Positions 12,891 to 23,453 of a stretch of DNA of 64,000 nucleotides are shown one piece after another; the first letter of the stretch is position 1, and every line of letters begins with the position of its first letter. Below the pieces are notes generated by a model that ran no database searches, was not told the origin of the DNA, and was given only the letters and a program-made list of their open reading frames with translations. Source of the stretch: Tubiluchus corallicola (lineage: Eukaryota > Animalia > Priapulida); the NCBI GenBank assembly GCA_030141605.1, contig JAQGDQ010000124.1, positions 186,001 to 250,000 on the forward strand, given 5' to 3'. Made by a program: the position numbers and the translations under genes.

Positions 12891-13156
12891 CTTATTTTCT
12901 ATCAAATTACTTGAAATAATGAAACTGGCTACAGTTTTCAAAGAAGAAAAATACAAAAATTCACTAAACTACAGAAAACACATGTTACGCGTACACAGAA
13001 GTCTGCATTTCGTGGCCAAAGCTCATTGGCTCGATTGGCCTATAAGCTAACCTAAATAGATGGCTTCTACAAATATTCTTGCTTTCGTGTAAGAGGGAGA
13101 GGAAAAAGGCGGCGCGCCAGACTAGAACTACGTGTCACAGGCACGGTGTCAACAAC
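12891..13156. promoter_or_regulatory. Compact bidirectional promoter and 5'UTR interval shared by PDIA6 and SEC23IP
   Basis: The divergent ATGs at 12890 (-) and 13157 (+) are 266 bp apart. The interval has two ATTGG (CCAAT) boxes at 13025 and 13034, TATAAG at 13041, GGCGGCGCGCC at 13108 and ACGTGTCA at 13130. Confidence 0.85.
13011..13029 (-). promoter_or_regulatory. ER stress response element (ERSE-I, CCAAT-N9-CCACG; NF-Y plus ATF6/XBP1)
   Basis: Plus-strand CGTGG-ccaaagctc-ATTGG reads CCAAT-gagctttgg-CCACG on the minus strand. Consensus and 9-nt spacer are exact, about 120 bp upstream of the ATG of an ER chaperone gene. Confidence 0.85.
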
Positions 13157-16100
13157 ATGGCTGATTCAAGAAAAAAGCAAGAGCAGCAGAAAAACTCGAG
13201 AGAACAGTCACCTGCTCCTCTTTTACTAGTAGAGCCAGGTGGAGGTTTAACTTTTACTCCAGCTGGATCCAATTCTCTTTTCATGCCTGTTCCAATTTCT
13301 GAACCAACGTTAGTGACGTCGTTTGGTACCGATCTGGAGGTAAAAATTATAATCTAGAAATTTGGTGTACTGAGATTACTAATTAGAAAAGTCATCAGTA
13401 TAAATTAAGCACTGTAATGTTTATAGATTTTTCAATTTCATATCACAGATTTTTAATCACAATTTCCAAAACCTAAAATCTGGTTTTTCAGGACTTTCTA
13501 ATGAAATTTAAAATGCGTGTACTTGGACAGATGATCACAGATCTTCATTAAATCATCCGTAGAAAGCTGCTATATAAGTGCCTTCTTTTAAAAAGTCTAA
13601 ATGCTTCCAAAATGTTCTCAATTGCAGGAAAATGCATTAGCAGTTGGAGCTCCTAGATTTCTTTGCTGAAACTGCATGGAGGAGTTGCAAGCCGTCCCTT
13701 AAATCTCCCTCTTGCTTTTTGGAAAACCTTGGCATCTCATTAGATTTGTGCAAAAGGAACGTCTTTAATGATTGAATTTAAGCAGTGCTGGCCCTGGACG
13801 GTGACTGCTTCTCTGTCGTATTCCTATGATTACCTGTCATACTGCTTTGCCTTTAATATTTCTTTTGTGATAGAAGAAATCTGCGACAAGACCTTCTGCT
13901 GATTCATTACCTTGTCTAAGATGATAATTATTCTATTGTATTAACCCTAACCAACAATCGATATACAGGGCCGTAGTCGGCTTTTGAAATGTGGTTGACC
14001 CAGTTTGACCCAGTTTGATAGGCATCTAGTATTTCAGCTTTGAGAATGAGTAACAAAAACGAGTGCGTTATTCTGTTTGCTGATTGGATATAATTTCTGT
14101 TTGCTGATTGGATATAATAATGAAGTCTAAACCAAAATTGCTTCTTTTAGCTTCGAATAGAAACGATTTATGTGCTTTATTGTTGTCATTATAAATAATG
14201 AAGGGGAGATGTCTAGGCCGGACCGCCGACTACGGCCTTGATATAAAAAACTATATGGTAATTGAGGTGTGCCACTGAGTTTTAAATATTGGCTTTCAGT
14301 GTGCCGAATTGTAGGGTGCAAAATTATTGAATCACCTAGCCTTTTTAATTAAAATTGTAGCTTGTACATTAAAACGTTGTACAGCCCTCATTGTGCTTGC
14401 CTCAGGCTGTTTGATTAATATGTGTAATCCTTGCTAAAAATATCACAGTAAAAATAAAAAGACACTATTTCAGTGCTATCTCCATTATTCTCCAACAATA
14501 CAAATTGTTTTATTTTATTTTAATTTTTATAACTTGTAATTTATGCAGGCCAGTTCTTTATAGTTAGCTTTTTCATAACTCTTTGCTCAATAATTGGTAT
14601 CAGGCATAAATTTTAGTTTGCAAGCTACAAAGTAAATATGTTTAAGAAGCTTTGAAAATCAAAGCTTAAAAATTAGTATGTTAGATCTTTTGAATGGTCA
14701 CTTTTTATTTAAATATAACGCAATATCCTTGTCGTTAAATTCTTAGTAATAGTGATTATAAGTTTGGTATTATAGAAATCTACAATGTGCTTTACATTGC
14801 TTTTACAAGGTCTTATTGACATTGTTTTTATTTTCAGGGAGAAGCAGATAGTTTTATTGGCCAATCGAGTTCGCCGACACGTCAAGTCAATCAAAGTAAA
14901 TCAATGACCTTTACAATGTCTCAGTCAGATGACCGAGTTGACCCTTTTGCTGGTGTTGGAACTATCCAGCAGTCTTCATCGGCTGATTCTGCTCGTTCGC
15001 AGTCGTTACAGCAGCAACAACAACAGTATAATCAGCCAGCCATGCTACCAACAGGACAAAGTTCTTTGCAGACTGATGGCATACCTGTTTACTCAAGCAT
15101 GAGCATACCCACTTCTGATAGAGGACCTTATGACACAGCCATGCAACCACAAGTATGAACTGTATTAATAGAATTAAGCTTACATTTTTTTGTAGTTATA
15201 GTTTTGGTGAAACCTACTGTAAGCTGGAGGTATTGTCTAGTCCTAATTTAGCCTGGGCTATCCAATGCCACTGTAAGCTCACAATCTAGTAACTATGTAC
15301 GCCAGTCCAAATAATGGGCAGTTTTCTTGTTTGGAATATCGAGCTGTATTTTGAGGAAATGCAGTGCTAAATGGTAGCTTGATACCGTTGTGTACACAAA
15401 CTGCAAAAACATGTTACAAGTAAAAACTTGTCTGATTTGAAAAGCTATTTTAAAAGCTGACTTTTCTATTGTCAAGCTTTAAAATGGTTTAATTATAATT
15501 AGACTGTGAATGAATTTGAAAGCAGTGAGCCAGAACTCTTTAGTTGGTGCCTGTTTGCACAAACTGATATATTCTACTGGCTGTAGCTTTGCAGTAATTT
15601 GTTATTGGAGAGCAAAAAAAACCTCAATTTAAGATCAAGCTCTGAAAACTTCCAAAATTCTAAAATAAATTGAACTCCTTGGTGACTGGGACGCAACCTT
15701 GGGCTAGGCATTGTTTCTCGAGACTCTCTCTTTAACACTTTTCAACTCGAAAGTTCTGATTCATTGTTTACAAATTTTTGATGTTAGAGTACTTAAATAA
15801 CTTAAGATTAGAATTTAAAAGCCTATGCAAGCAAAAAAGCTGCAAGACTTAGTGTACTGTTTGCTGTTCCTCTTAAAGCAAAACCGAACCCAATCTTAAA
15901 CTGTAGGTCAAAACAATCTACTCTTTGAAATATTGAAAGGAAGCATACTATTTTTTCAAACATGATTTATGTGAAAGAATTATTACCACACAAACGCAAA
16001 TTTGTGCTTGCGCCACTAGTTCTTCGCTGTTACATGCATTTCGCCATTCTCTAGTTAGACGGGTACTAGTGCCTGCATTTCGGAAAGCGTTGCACAAAAA

Positions 16101-19100
16101 ACAGGTGCTGTATCTCACAGTTCACACGTGCTTGTGACGAACTACACACATTCGACAGCTCATGCTTGAGTGCAGCGGTAAATTTGAATTTTTATCTTCA
16201 AACTTGCCTAGTTTTAGTACAACACACTGAATCTCTTACGGTAGCACTGTACTTCAATTCCCGCGTTCGCAAACACGTGCAAGACACTCGTGAAATATTT
16301 GTGCTGTTGAAAATTGTGTTAGTTTGTGATGTCATCAATAGTTGGGTTCGCCCGCTGTTAATTAAGATTTTAATCTATTATTTAATTATCAGAAGCACTT
16401 TTGCAGTATTAATTGTGTTAAAATGTGATACTTTTTATCAGATTTGAAAATGGGGTAGTATATGAAAAATCATCCTGCCTTCCTTTAATAAAAGCATACT
16501 TTTTACTTTGTATAAGAAGACTATAAAGCAGTCATGTGACAGACGTAATAATTCATAAGCATTATTTTTTCAGTCGACGGTAACAAATAATCCAGTTCCG
16601 CCGTACAGCAGTAATCCACCAGTCACTGATAGTGGGCGAGTCAGTGGAGGAAATGCTAGTTTTGTTTCCTATCAGAGTGTTCACCCACATTGGTACTATA
16701 CTAAGAACGACAAGAAACCTTCATGGTCGCCATTCTCCTTACTTGATTCCATGAGGTTAGAGGAAATTCACCAGGAGTTACTTGTTGGAAAAGCTGTAGA
16801 TCCAGTTGTGGCCACAGATGGTGGAAGGTTGGTCTTTTAATTAAACCCACCAGAACGGTGAGGTTTTCTGCATTTATTTTCGGAGTTTTGTAGACATTAA
16901 CTTTCTTCGTATTAAGCCTCACTTGTTTTCTATGTTTAGCTGCTAAGTTAACAATTTGATGAACTGCATTTAAAGCAGAACCGGACCCATATCTTAAACT
17001 GTAGGCCGAAACATTCTACTCTTTAAAATATTGAAAGGAAATGTACTATTTTTTCAAAAATGACTTACATGAGAGAATTATTACCACACAATTTCACGTT
17101 CGCGCCACTAGCTCTTCGCTATTACATGCATTTCCCATTCTCTAGTTAGACGGGCACTAGCGCCTGCATTAAGGAAATGCATTGCACAAAAAACAGGTGC
17201 TGTACCTCTCAGTTTAGATGTGTTACTTTGTGACAAACTACACACATTCAACAGCTCGTGCGTTAGCACAGAGGTAAATTAGAAATTTGAATTTTTATCT
17301 TAAAACTTGCCTAGTTTTTAGTATAACACACTGAATATCTTACATTAGCGCTGTACTTTAATTTTCGCTTTCGCGACACGTGCAACATGATTGTGGAATA
17401 TTTTTGCTGTTGAAAATTATGTTAATTTGTGATGCCATCAATAGTTGGGCTTGCCCGCTGTTAATTAAGATTTTAATCTATTATTTAATTATCAGAAGCA
17501 CTTTTGCAGTATTAATTATGTTAAATGTAAATGCAGATGAAGGAGATAGCATTATATTTAGTAGCTTGTGAAAAACAAAATATTAAATGACACTTTACTT
17601 TAAAAACTTTCTTTTTAAACAGAAACATTTGTCGCTAGGCCAAGAATTTTATGTCAAAAATTAAAAAAGCATAAAAGTTGTAAATTAATTGCATATCACT
17701 GGATGAATATCACTAAACCTTGGATTCGGTAGATTATTACAAATTGCTGTCAGTAATAAATTTGTTTTTAATTATAAAACCAATATGAACTTGCTTTGTG
17801 ATAGCTTTTTATATTCTTCAACAGATGGCAGCAGCACCACGCCATTTAAAGTACTGGGATGTGTTATTGCTTTTTTCCATGTTTAGTAGTAATTATTACT
17901 TTTATATAGGTATGACGTATATGTACATGAAAGGCTGCGCAAACCTGTATATTGGGATGAACCAGATTCAATTGTGAGACGTTCCACTTGGTTTTTTAGG
18001 TATGTGTAATGCTTATGTCAAGGTAAGAAATTTGCTATAGCAAAGGGAAAAATCCAGTAAAAACAGTCATCCTTTTTTCTTGGTGTGAATTTTACGTTAT
18101 GAGTTGTTTGTATTTCGTTCAAGATTTTTATGAAAAAGAAAACTGTATTGGTCGACAATATGTTAGTGATGAAAACATTGGCTCAGCATCTCTATTTCCA
18201 GTGCCAAATTTGTCCATGACAACTTGTGTAACAGAGTTATTATTGTTGTTATTTTTGTTATCACTTTTGTTGTTTTATTGTCATCCGAATTCTTGATTAC
18301 AGAGGTGAAGGTGAGAGTCAATTCACGCCTTATGAAGAGGAATTTGCTAGCAAACTGGAGGACGAATATTATTCAGCCATAACTACAAATGTATGGAATC
18401 GTCGGCTAGAATTTTCCGATGGTGAAGCTGTTGTTATGCATAATCCTAATGTTATAGTGCATTTTAAAACAGCGCGGACACTTGACGAATGGGGAGCTGT
18501 AGATTTTCGTCCAACTCAACAGAGTGGCATGCACCCTCGTGTTGTAAAACGTGGTGTTGAAGATTTTGAAAGCATTGACGATGGTGAACCTGTGCAGATT
18601 GATCATTTAGTCTTCATGGTTCATGGCATTGGTTCTTTTTGTGATTTAAAATTCAGAAATATTGTGGCTTGTGTAGACGGTTTTAGAGAATTGGCACTAG
18701 TCTTGACTGATGGGCATTTTCAGCAGGCTTCTGAGTCTAAACTTTGTGGTAGGGTGGAATTTTTACCTGTATACTGGCACAAAGCTTTGCATAAAGGTAA
18801 AGAAGGTGTTGATAAATTGTTGAAATCTATCACACTGCCTAGCATTAGTAAACTTAGACATTACACTAACGACACAATTCTCGATGCACTGTTTTACACG
18901 AGTCCGAAATATTGTCAGCTGATTGTGGAAGCCGTAGGAAATGAAATGAACAGGTTATACGACTTATTCACTACCAGAAATCCAAACTTTGATCAGACAA
19001 AAATATCAGTGGCTGGACACAGCCTTGGATCATTAATAGTGTTTGATTTGCTAGCCCATCAGGGTGTCGCGCAGCCGTATTCCGTATCTGAACTTCATTT

Positions 19101-20415
19101 AAGTGACCAAGCATCTGCGACAGATGCAAATGATCTTGAAAAAAACTTTCAAGAGAAAGAAACCAGTGAAATGGATAGTTTGACAACAGCTTTGAGTAGC
19201 CTTGGACTTGAAAGCCTGCACGACGTGCTTAATAGGGAACAGATAGATCTGCAGGCATTGCTCATGTGCAGCGAAGCTGATTTGAAAGATCTAGGAATAC
19301 CTATGGGTCCTAGGAAGAAGCTTGTGGCTTATATTCATGATGCCAATGAACGTGAGAAAAGTGCTGAAGTTGATGTAAAACACAAACAATCTGCACCGCA
19401 AGAGCATCCGACACACCCACATCTAAAAATTGGGCAATATGCTTCGTTGGTGAATTTCTCTCCAAGTGACATGGGTACGGGACAGTTATCAGTAGTATAT
19501 CCTCAACTGGATTTTAATCCATGTGCATTTTTTGCACTTGGAGGCCCTGTTGCAGTTTTTTTAACAATCAGAGGCGTGGAGGACATTGGTGAGAATTACC
19601 AGTTACCTACTTGTCCTGGATTTTATAACATATTTCACCCATTTGACCCAGTGGCCTATCGTGTTGAGCCCATGATAAATAAGTCCTTCCATCTGAAGCC
19701 AGTGTTAATACCGCATCACAAGGGCCGTAAGAGAATGCACTTGGAGATAAAAGAAGGAATGGCACGTATTGGGACAGACATTAAACAGAAATTGATAGAG
19801 ACATTCCGCAGCACTTGGCACACGGTTGCTGAATTTGCACGTTCTCACAGTGGACAGCAACCTGAAGAATTAGAAGCTCTGCAGAAGGCTGCAATTACTG
19901 AAGTCATAGAGGGCCTTAGCCAAGACGAAGACTTTGAAATTGTGTCAGAAACATCGTCGATTATGAACGAAGAGGAAGTCACTATTGGGCAGCTAAATGG
20001 AGGTCGTCGTATTGATTATGTGCTACAGGAAAAACCAATAGAAAGTTTTAATGATTATTTATTTGCTCTTGCGAGCCACGCCTGTTACTGGGAATCTGAA
20101 GACACTGTGTTGTTCATCTTAAAAGAACTGTATACTCTTCAAGGTGTATGCGCAGACAGAAAGATTAGTGATTTGTTTGTTGCGCGTTTGCCATCTGCCG
20201 TATCATCATCTCCGTATGTAGGTATTTCATATCAAACCAGTGACAAGGCGCCAGAACAAAGTGTTTCAGGTTACCAGCAAACCAGTGAACCTCTAGCAGC
20301 TGGTGGTATGGTGCCAACCTATGCTGGTGCTAATTATAAGCCACCACCATCTGTACAGGCACCAACTGGTCCAGTCGGACCACCTCCATTATCAGGTTTT
20401 GTTAAGAAATCTTAG
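13157..20415 (+). CDS. SEC23IP: SEC23-interacting protein p125 / DDHD2-family intracellular phospholipase A1, 5 exons, 984 aa
   Basis: Exons: 13157-13339, 14838-15152, 16574-16827, 17910-17999, 18303-20415; GT-AG, phases consistent, 2955 nt. N-terminal Pro/Ser/Gln-rich region with GEADSFIGQ and DPF motifs like p125; HPHWYY...WSPFS...ATDGGRYDV...VYW...VRRSTWF (WWE-like region); [10 protein letters not shown]; [11 protein letters not shown]; lipase GHSLG; SAM domain ([14 protein letters not shown]); DDHD domain ([40 protein letters not shown]). Probably the single invertebrate co-ortholog of SEC23IP and DDHD2. Confidence 0.95.
13966..14240. mobile_element. MITE, 275 bp, 16-bp TIRs, in SEC23IP intron 1
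   Basis: CAGGGCCGTAGTCGGC ... GCCGACTACGGCCTTG (15/16 inverted match), flanked on both sides by ATATA, with internal 10-bp and 24-bp tandem duplications. Confidence 0.85.
15873..16488 (+). mobile_element. TTAA-flanked (Kolobok-like) non-autonomous element, copy 1
   Basis: TTAA|AG...CT|TTAA boundaries; about 550 bp aligns with a second copy at 16970-17527; TIRs weak. Confidence 0.6.
16970..17527 (+). repeat. Second, diverged direct copy of the element at 15873
   Basis: Begins TTAAAGCAGAACCGGACCC and is colinear with copy 1 through ...CCCGCTGTTAATTAAGATTTTAATCTATTATTTAATTATCAGAAGCACTTTTGCAGTATTAATT. Confidence 0.9.
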
Positions 20416-20912
20416 TTTTTGTTGACATGTTTACAATAATTGGTAAGGTGCAAGTTCTCACTAATAGGAATTTATTTATCGTTAACAAGATGCTTATAGT
20501 GTAAAATAAGGACACGAGGTCATTCTTTAGAGAAAACTGTTGAGCCTGACTGTTAAGGAGTACAGTCACTAAGTATGTGAAACAGTCTACTTATTTTGAC
20601 ATGTTGGTGATATAAGCATGTCTATATGTAGATGCTTATATTAACGGAATTTGTAAGCTGAAGGCATATATCCTTTGTCTATGGCTTATTCTCTGCTCTG
20701 CTTTCTTAACTTTTCTAGAGTCTGAAATTCAAAGAAAAAAGCTAAAATGACGTGAATTCTGCCAAACAACACAACATTACTTCACATAGTAAACAGACAA
20801 GTGCATTGCCAGAAATGGTTTTGATTATAAAAGCTCTTTGTGTTGACGTGACCCTTCCCAGTACTGTGGCCTTGTTACAAAAATCGTTAAATGCCAGTAT
20901 CATTGCATAAAA

Positions 20913-20918
20913 AATAAA
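20913..20918 (+). terminator. Candidate polyadenylation signal of SEC23IP
   Basis: AATAAA about 500 nt after the stop, followed by a T/GT-rich tract (TTGTTTTT). Confidence 0.5.
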
Positions 20919-21249
20919 TTTTCTTACGTTATATGACTTGTTTTAATATTCCACACAAAATGTAAACAGTATGGCGAGATTACAATGGCAAACACACCAT
21001 TTGCAGGTTAATTCATCGTAAATTTCTTGTTTCCAGGAATAGACCTAGCGTGACAAACGGAATTGATCTGAATCACGTGGCCTATTAGGTGACTTATCAG
21101 AAATAATGTGATAACCAATCAATGATTTGTAGTTTTGTAACAATTGCACCAATTTAATAATCAGAATTCTCCTGCCACAGTGTTTCTCGGAAATCGGGTC
21201 GCCCGAAGCTCAGCAGCATTAGCCAAGAGTAAACGAATAAGTATTTTCA

Positions 21250-21560
21250 AGCAATTTCAGCTCTCTGAAGAGGAAGCAGTAACAATCCGCTAAAGTCTTC
21301 ACCCATGGGGCAATTGTGTTCAGATCGTAAGTCAGATTGCCAATGTTGATCTAGACTGAGCATATTTCCATATTTGATTGAGTAGAGGAGGAATGCTGCT
21401 ACGGGATTACGTAAGATACAGGGAGATGGGCTGGTGTCGATAAAGTGCTGCACGACTGACAGCATGATAAATGTTATTAAGCTTTAGTTGGATTGGTATG
21501 TTGAATTAGCTGGACAGATAAAATATTTGTTGCAGAAGAATTTTAAGTTGAGGGAAACTT
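21250..21560 (-). mobile_element. Highly decayed L2/CR1-type RT relic between the SEC23IP and ephrin 3' ends
   Basis: Minus-strand frames give YRHQPISL (compare YRPISL) followed by NMLSLDQHWQSDLRSEHNC (compare NLLxxxQSGFRxxHST), in the expected order. Confidence 0.35.
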
Positions 21561-21707
21561 CTTGCATTGCATGAAACCTACCACTTCACTGGGTCATTGT
21601 GATCATGATTAATGTTGCAAAACAGTGACGTCAACATTGGTACTTAAAATACCAATAATAAAGTAAAAAAAACAATATAAGCTCAGATTTACATAACATT
21701 TACAAAA

Positions 21708-21713
21708 TTTATT
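21708..21713 (-). terminator. Candidate distal polyadenylation signal of the ephrin gene (3'UTR about 1.75 kb)
   Basis: AATAAA on the minus strand followed by a U-rich element (TATTGTTTTTTTTACTTT). Other, more proximal AATAAA hexamers also exist. Confidence 0.4.
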
Positions 21714-23453
21714 AATGGCACCAGGGTCTCGCTATACAATTACAGCAATACACAATTCTCTATTTACACAACAACGATTTCATTAGGGAAAATGTGAAAA
21801 AGAATTTTTGTTGTTATCAAGTCTACAACAGTCAGTTCACAATTACAACAGCAATACAGGTATAGCTATATTTTACAATTGTTTGTACAAATAAATAAAT
21901 TTAGGTCGTTCACTTGTCTGCAGCAAATTACTTGTAAAAAACGGTTAAGAACAAGTCACCAATTTTTGCTAAACCATAAAAATTCTTGATTTACTTGTCA
22001 TTTTTCATTAAACTAATAACAAAAGTCAAAGATGATTTCAGTTTTACTTACGAAGGTAAAGTGAATCAAGATTTAGAATAAAAAACGTTAAAAATTCTGA
22101 TCCCAATGAAACAAAGCTAGTGAGATTTACACTCTAAGAACTCTAATATTGCAATACTTTCCAGCTGAGTATTTCACATATGGTACTGCCATTGCACCAA
22201 AGTTGCTAGCTTAGCAATTTTGTTTGTAGCTTTCTCGTAATTACCGGAAACAAGTATGTGACATTCTGACCAAAGATGGTACTGGTTTCACACGACAGTT
22301 ATCATCTCTAGTATAAATCCAGATGACAAGCTCGGTTTAATTGTGTGGATATTGCTTTGATATTATATTATTCTGACAATAAAAAGTCAACCTCACATAA
22401 GTCATTACAAGCAACTTTGGTGTGAGCATTAAGAGATTCAACAGCAAATTTAAACAGTATTGAATAACAGTTTACAAATAAAATAATTCATTAAAAGTAT
22501 ATTGAGAACAAGTGTTTACAGACGATATTCAATTATAACACTGCAGCATGTAAGAAAAACTCATTCAATCTTCATAAAAAATCGAAGTGCATTGTCAATG
22601 AACTGTAAAATCAGTTGACTAAATTGTCTTTATTTACAAGAACTTTTTGTCAACAAAGAATTTTGCTTTTCAATTTGCGTTTTAAACTGTTTTTATGTAA
22701 AAGTAAATTGTCAATTAATTTCATTTTTAAAACAAAATTTCACACTTCAAATTTCAATCTGTCAATAACCTATTCAGTATAATACTTTCCTTATTTACAT
22801 GTTTAAGTGACGACAACAAATGTTTTTTTGGTAAGAACATTCATCTAAACAGCACAAAAAACGAACACTGTTGTTAATATTCACTATCTTTAACATCTTC
22901 AACACGCAACATGATCAATATCATCATGCGCTTACTCATTATTACCCAAACTAAAACGGAACGTCATCATTATCAGCCGGCGATGTAGATTGATTTTTGA
23001 AAGAAAAGTCGTTTGTTTTATCTTTCGACAAATTCTTCCGTTTTACGTGATTTCTCGAAGAATTTCACTGCCCTCATCTTAATGAACGCAGAAGCATCAT
23101 TAAAATTCCTGTTCTCATTAAATTGCAAAAATGCATAGTTAACGATGCTGCTAATCACTAATCAGCGATTCTCGGGATTAGTCATGACGGCCTTCCGACT
23201 CCCTTTCTTAGTCATCACCCACATCAGTAGAGAATGTAAAAATTACATCCCCCACTTAATGCACATAATTGATGGAATAATTTGTCTATTCATCTACCAT
23301 CAGCGTGCAGAAAACTGCATTAAATACAGTTATGAACAAGTCCTTGAGTAGCTCTGCAAGCTTTTTAGTTCTCAAAATCACAATGCAGAAGTCACAGTAC
23401 TAATCGTACCAACAACACCAATGTTCTACAGTCTTCAATGTCTGTGTACACGA

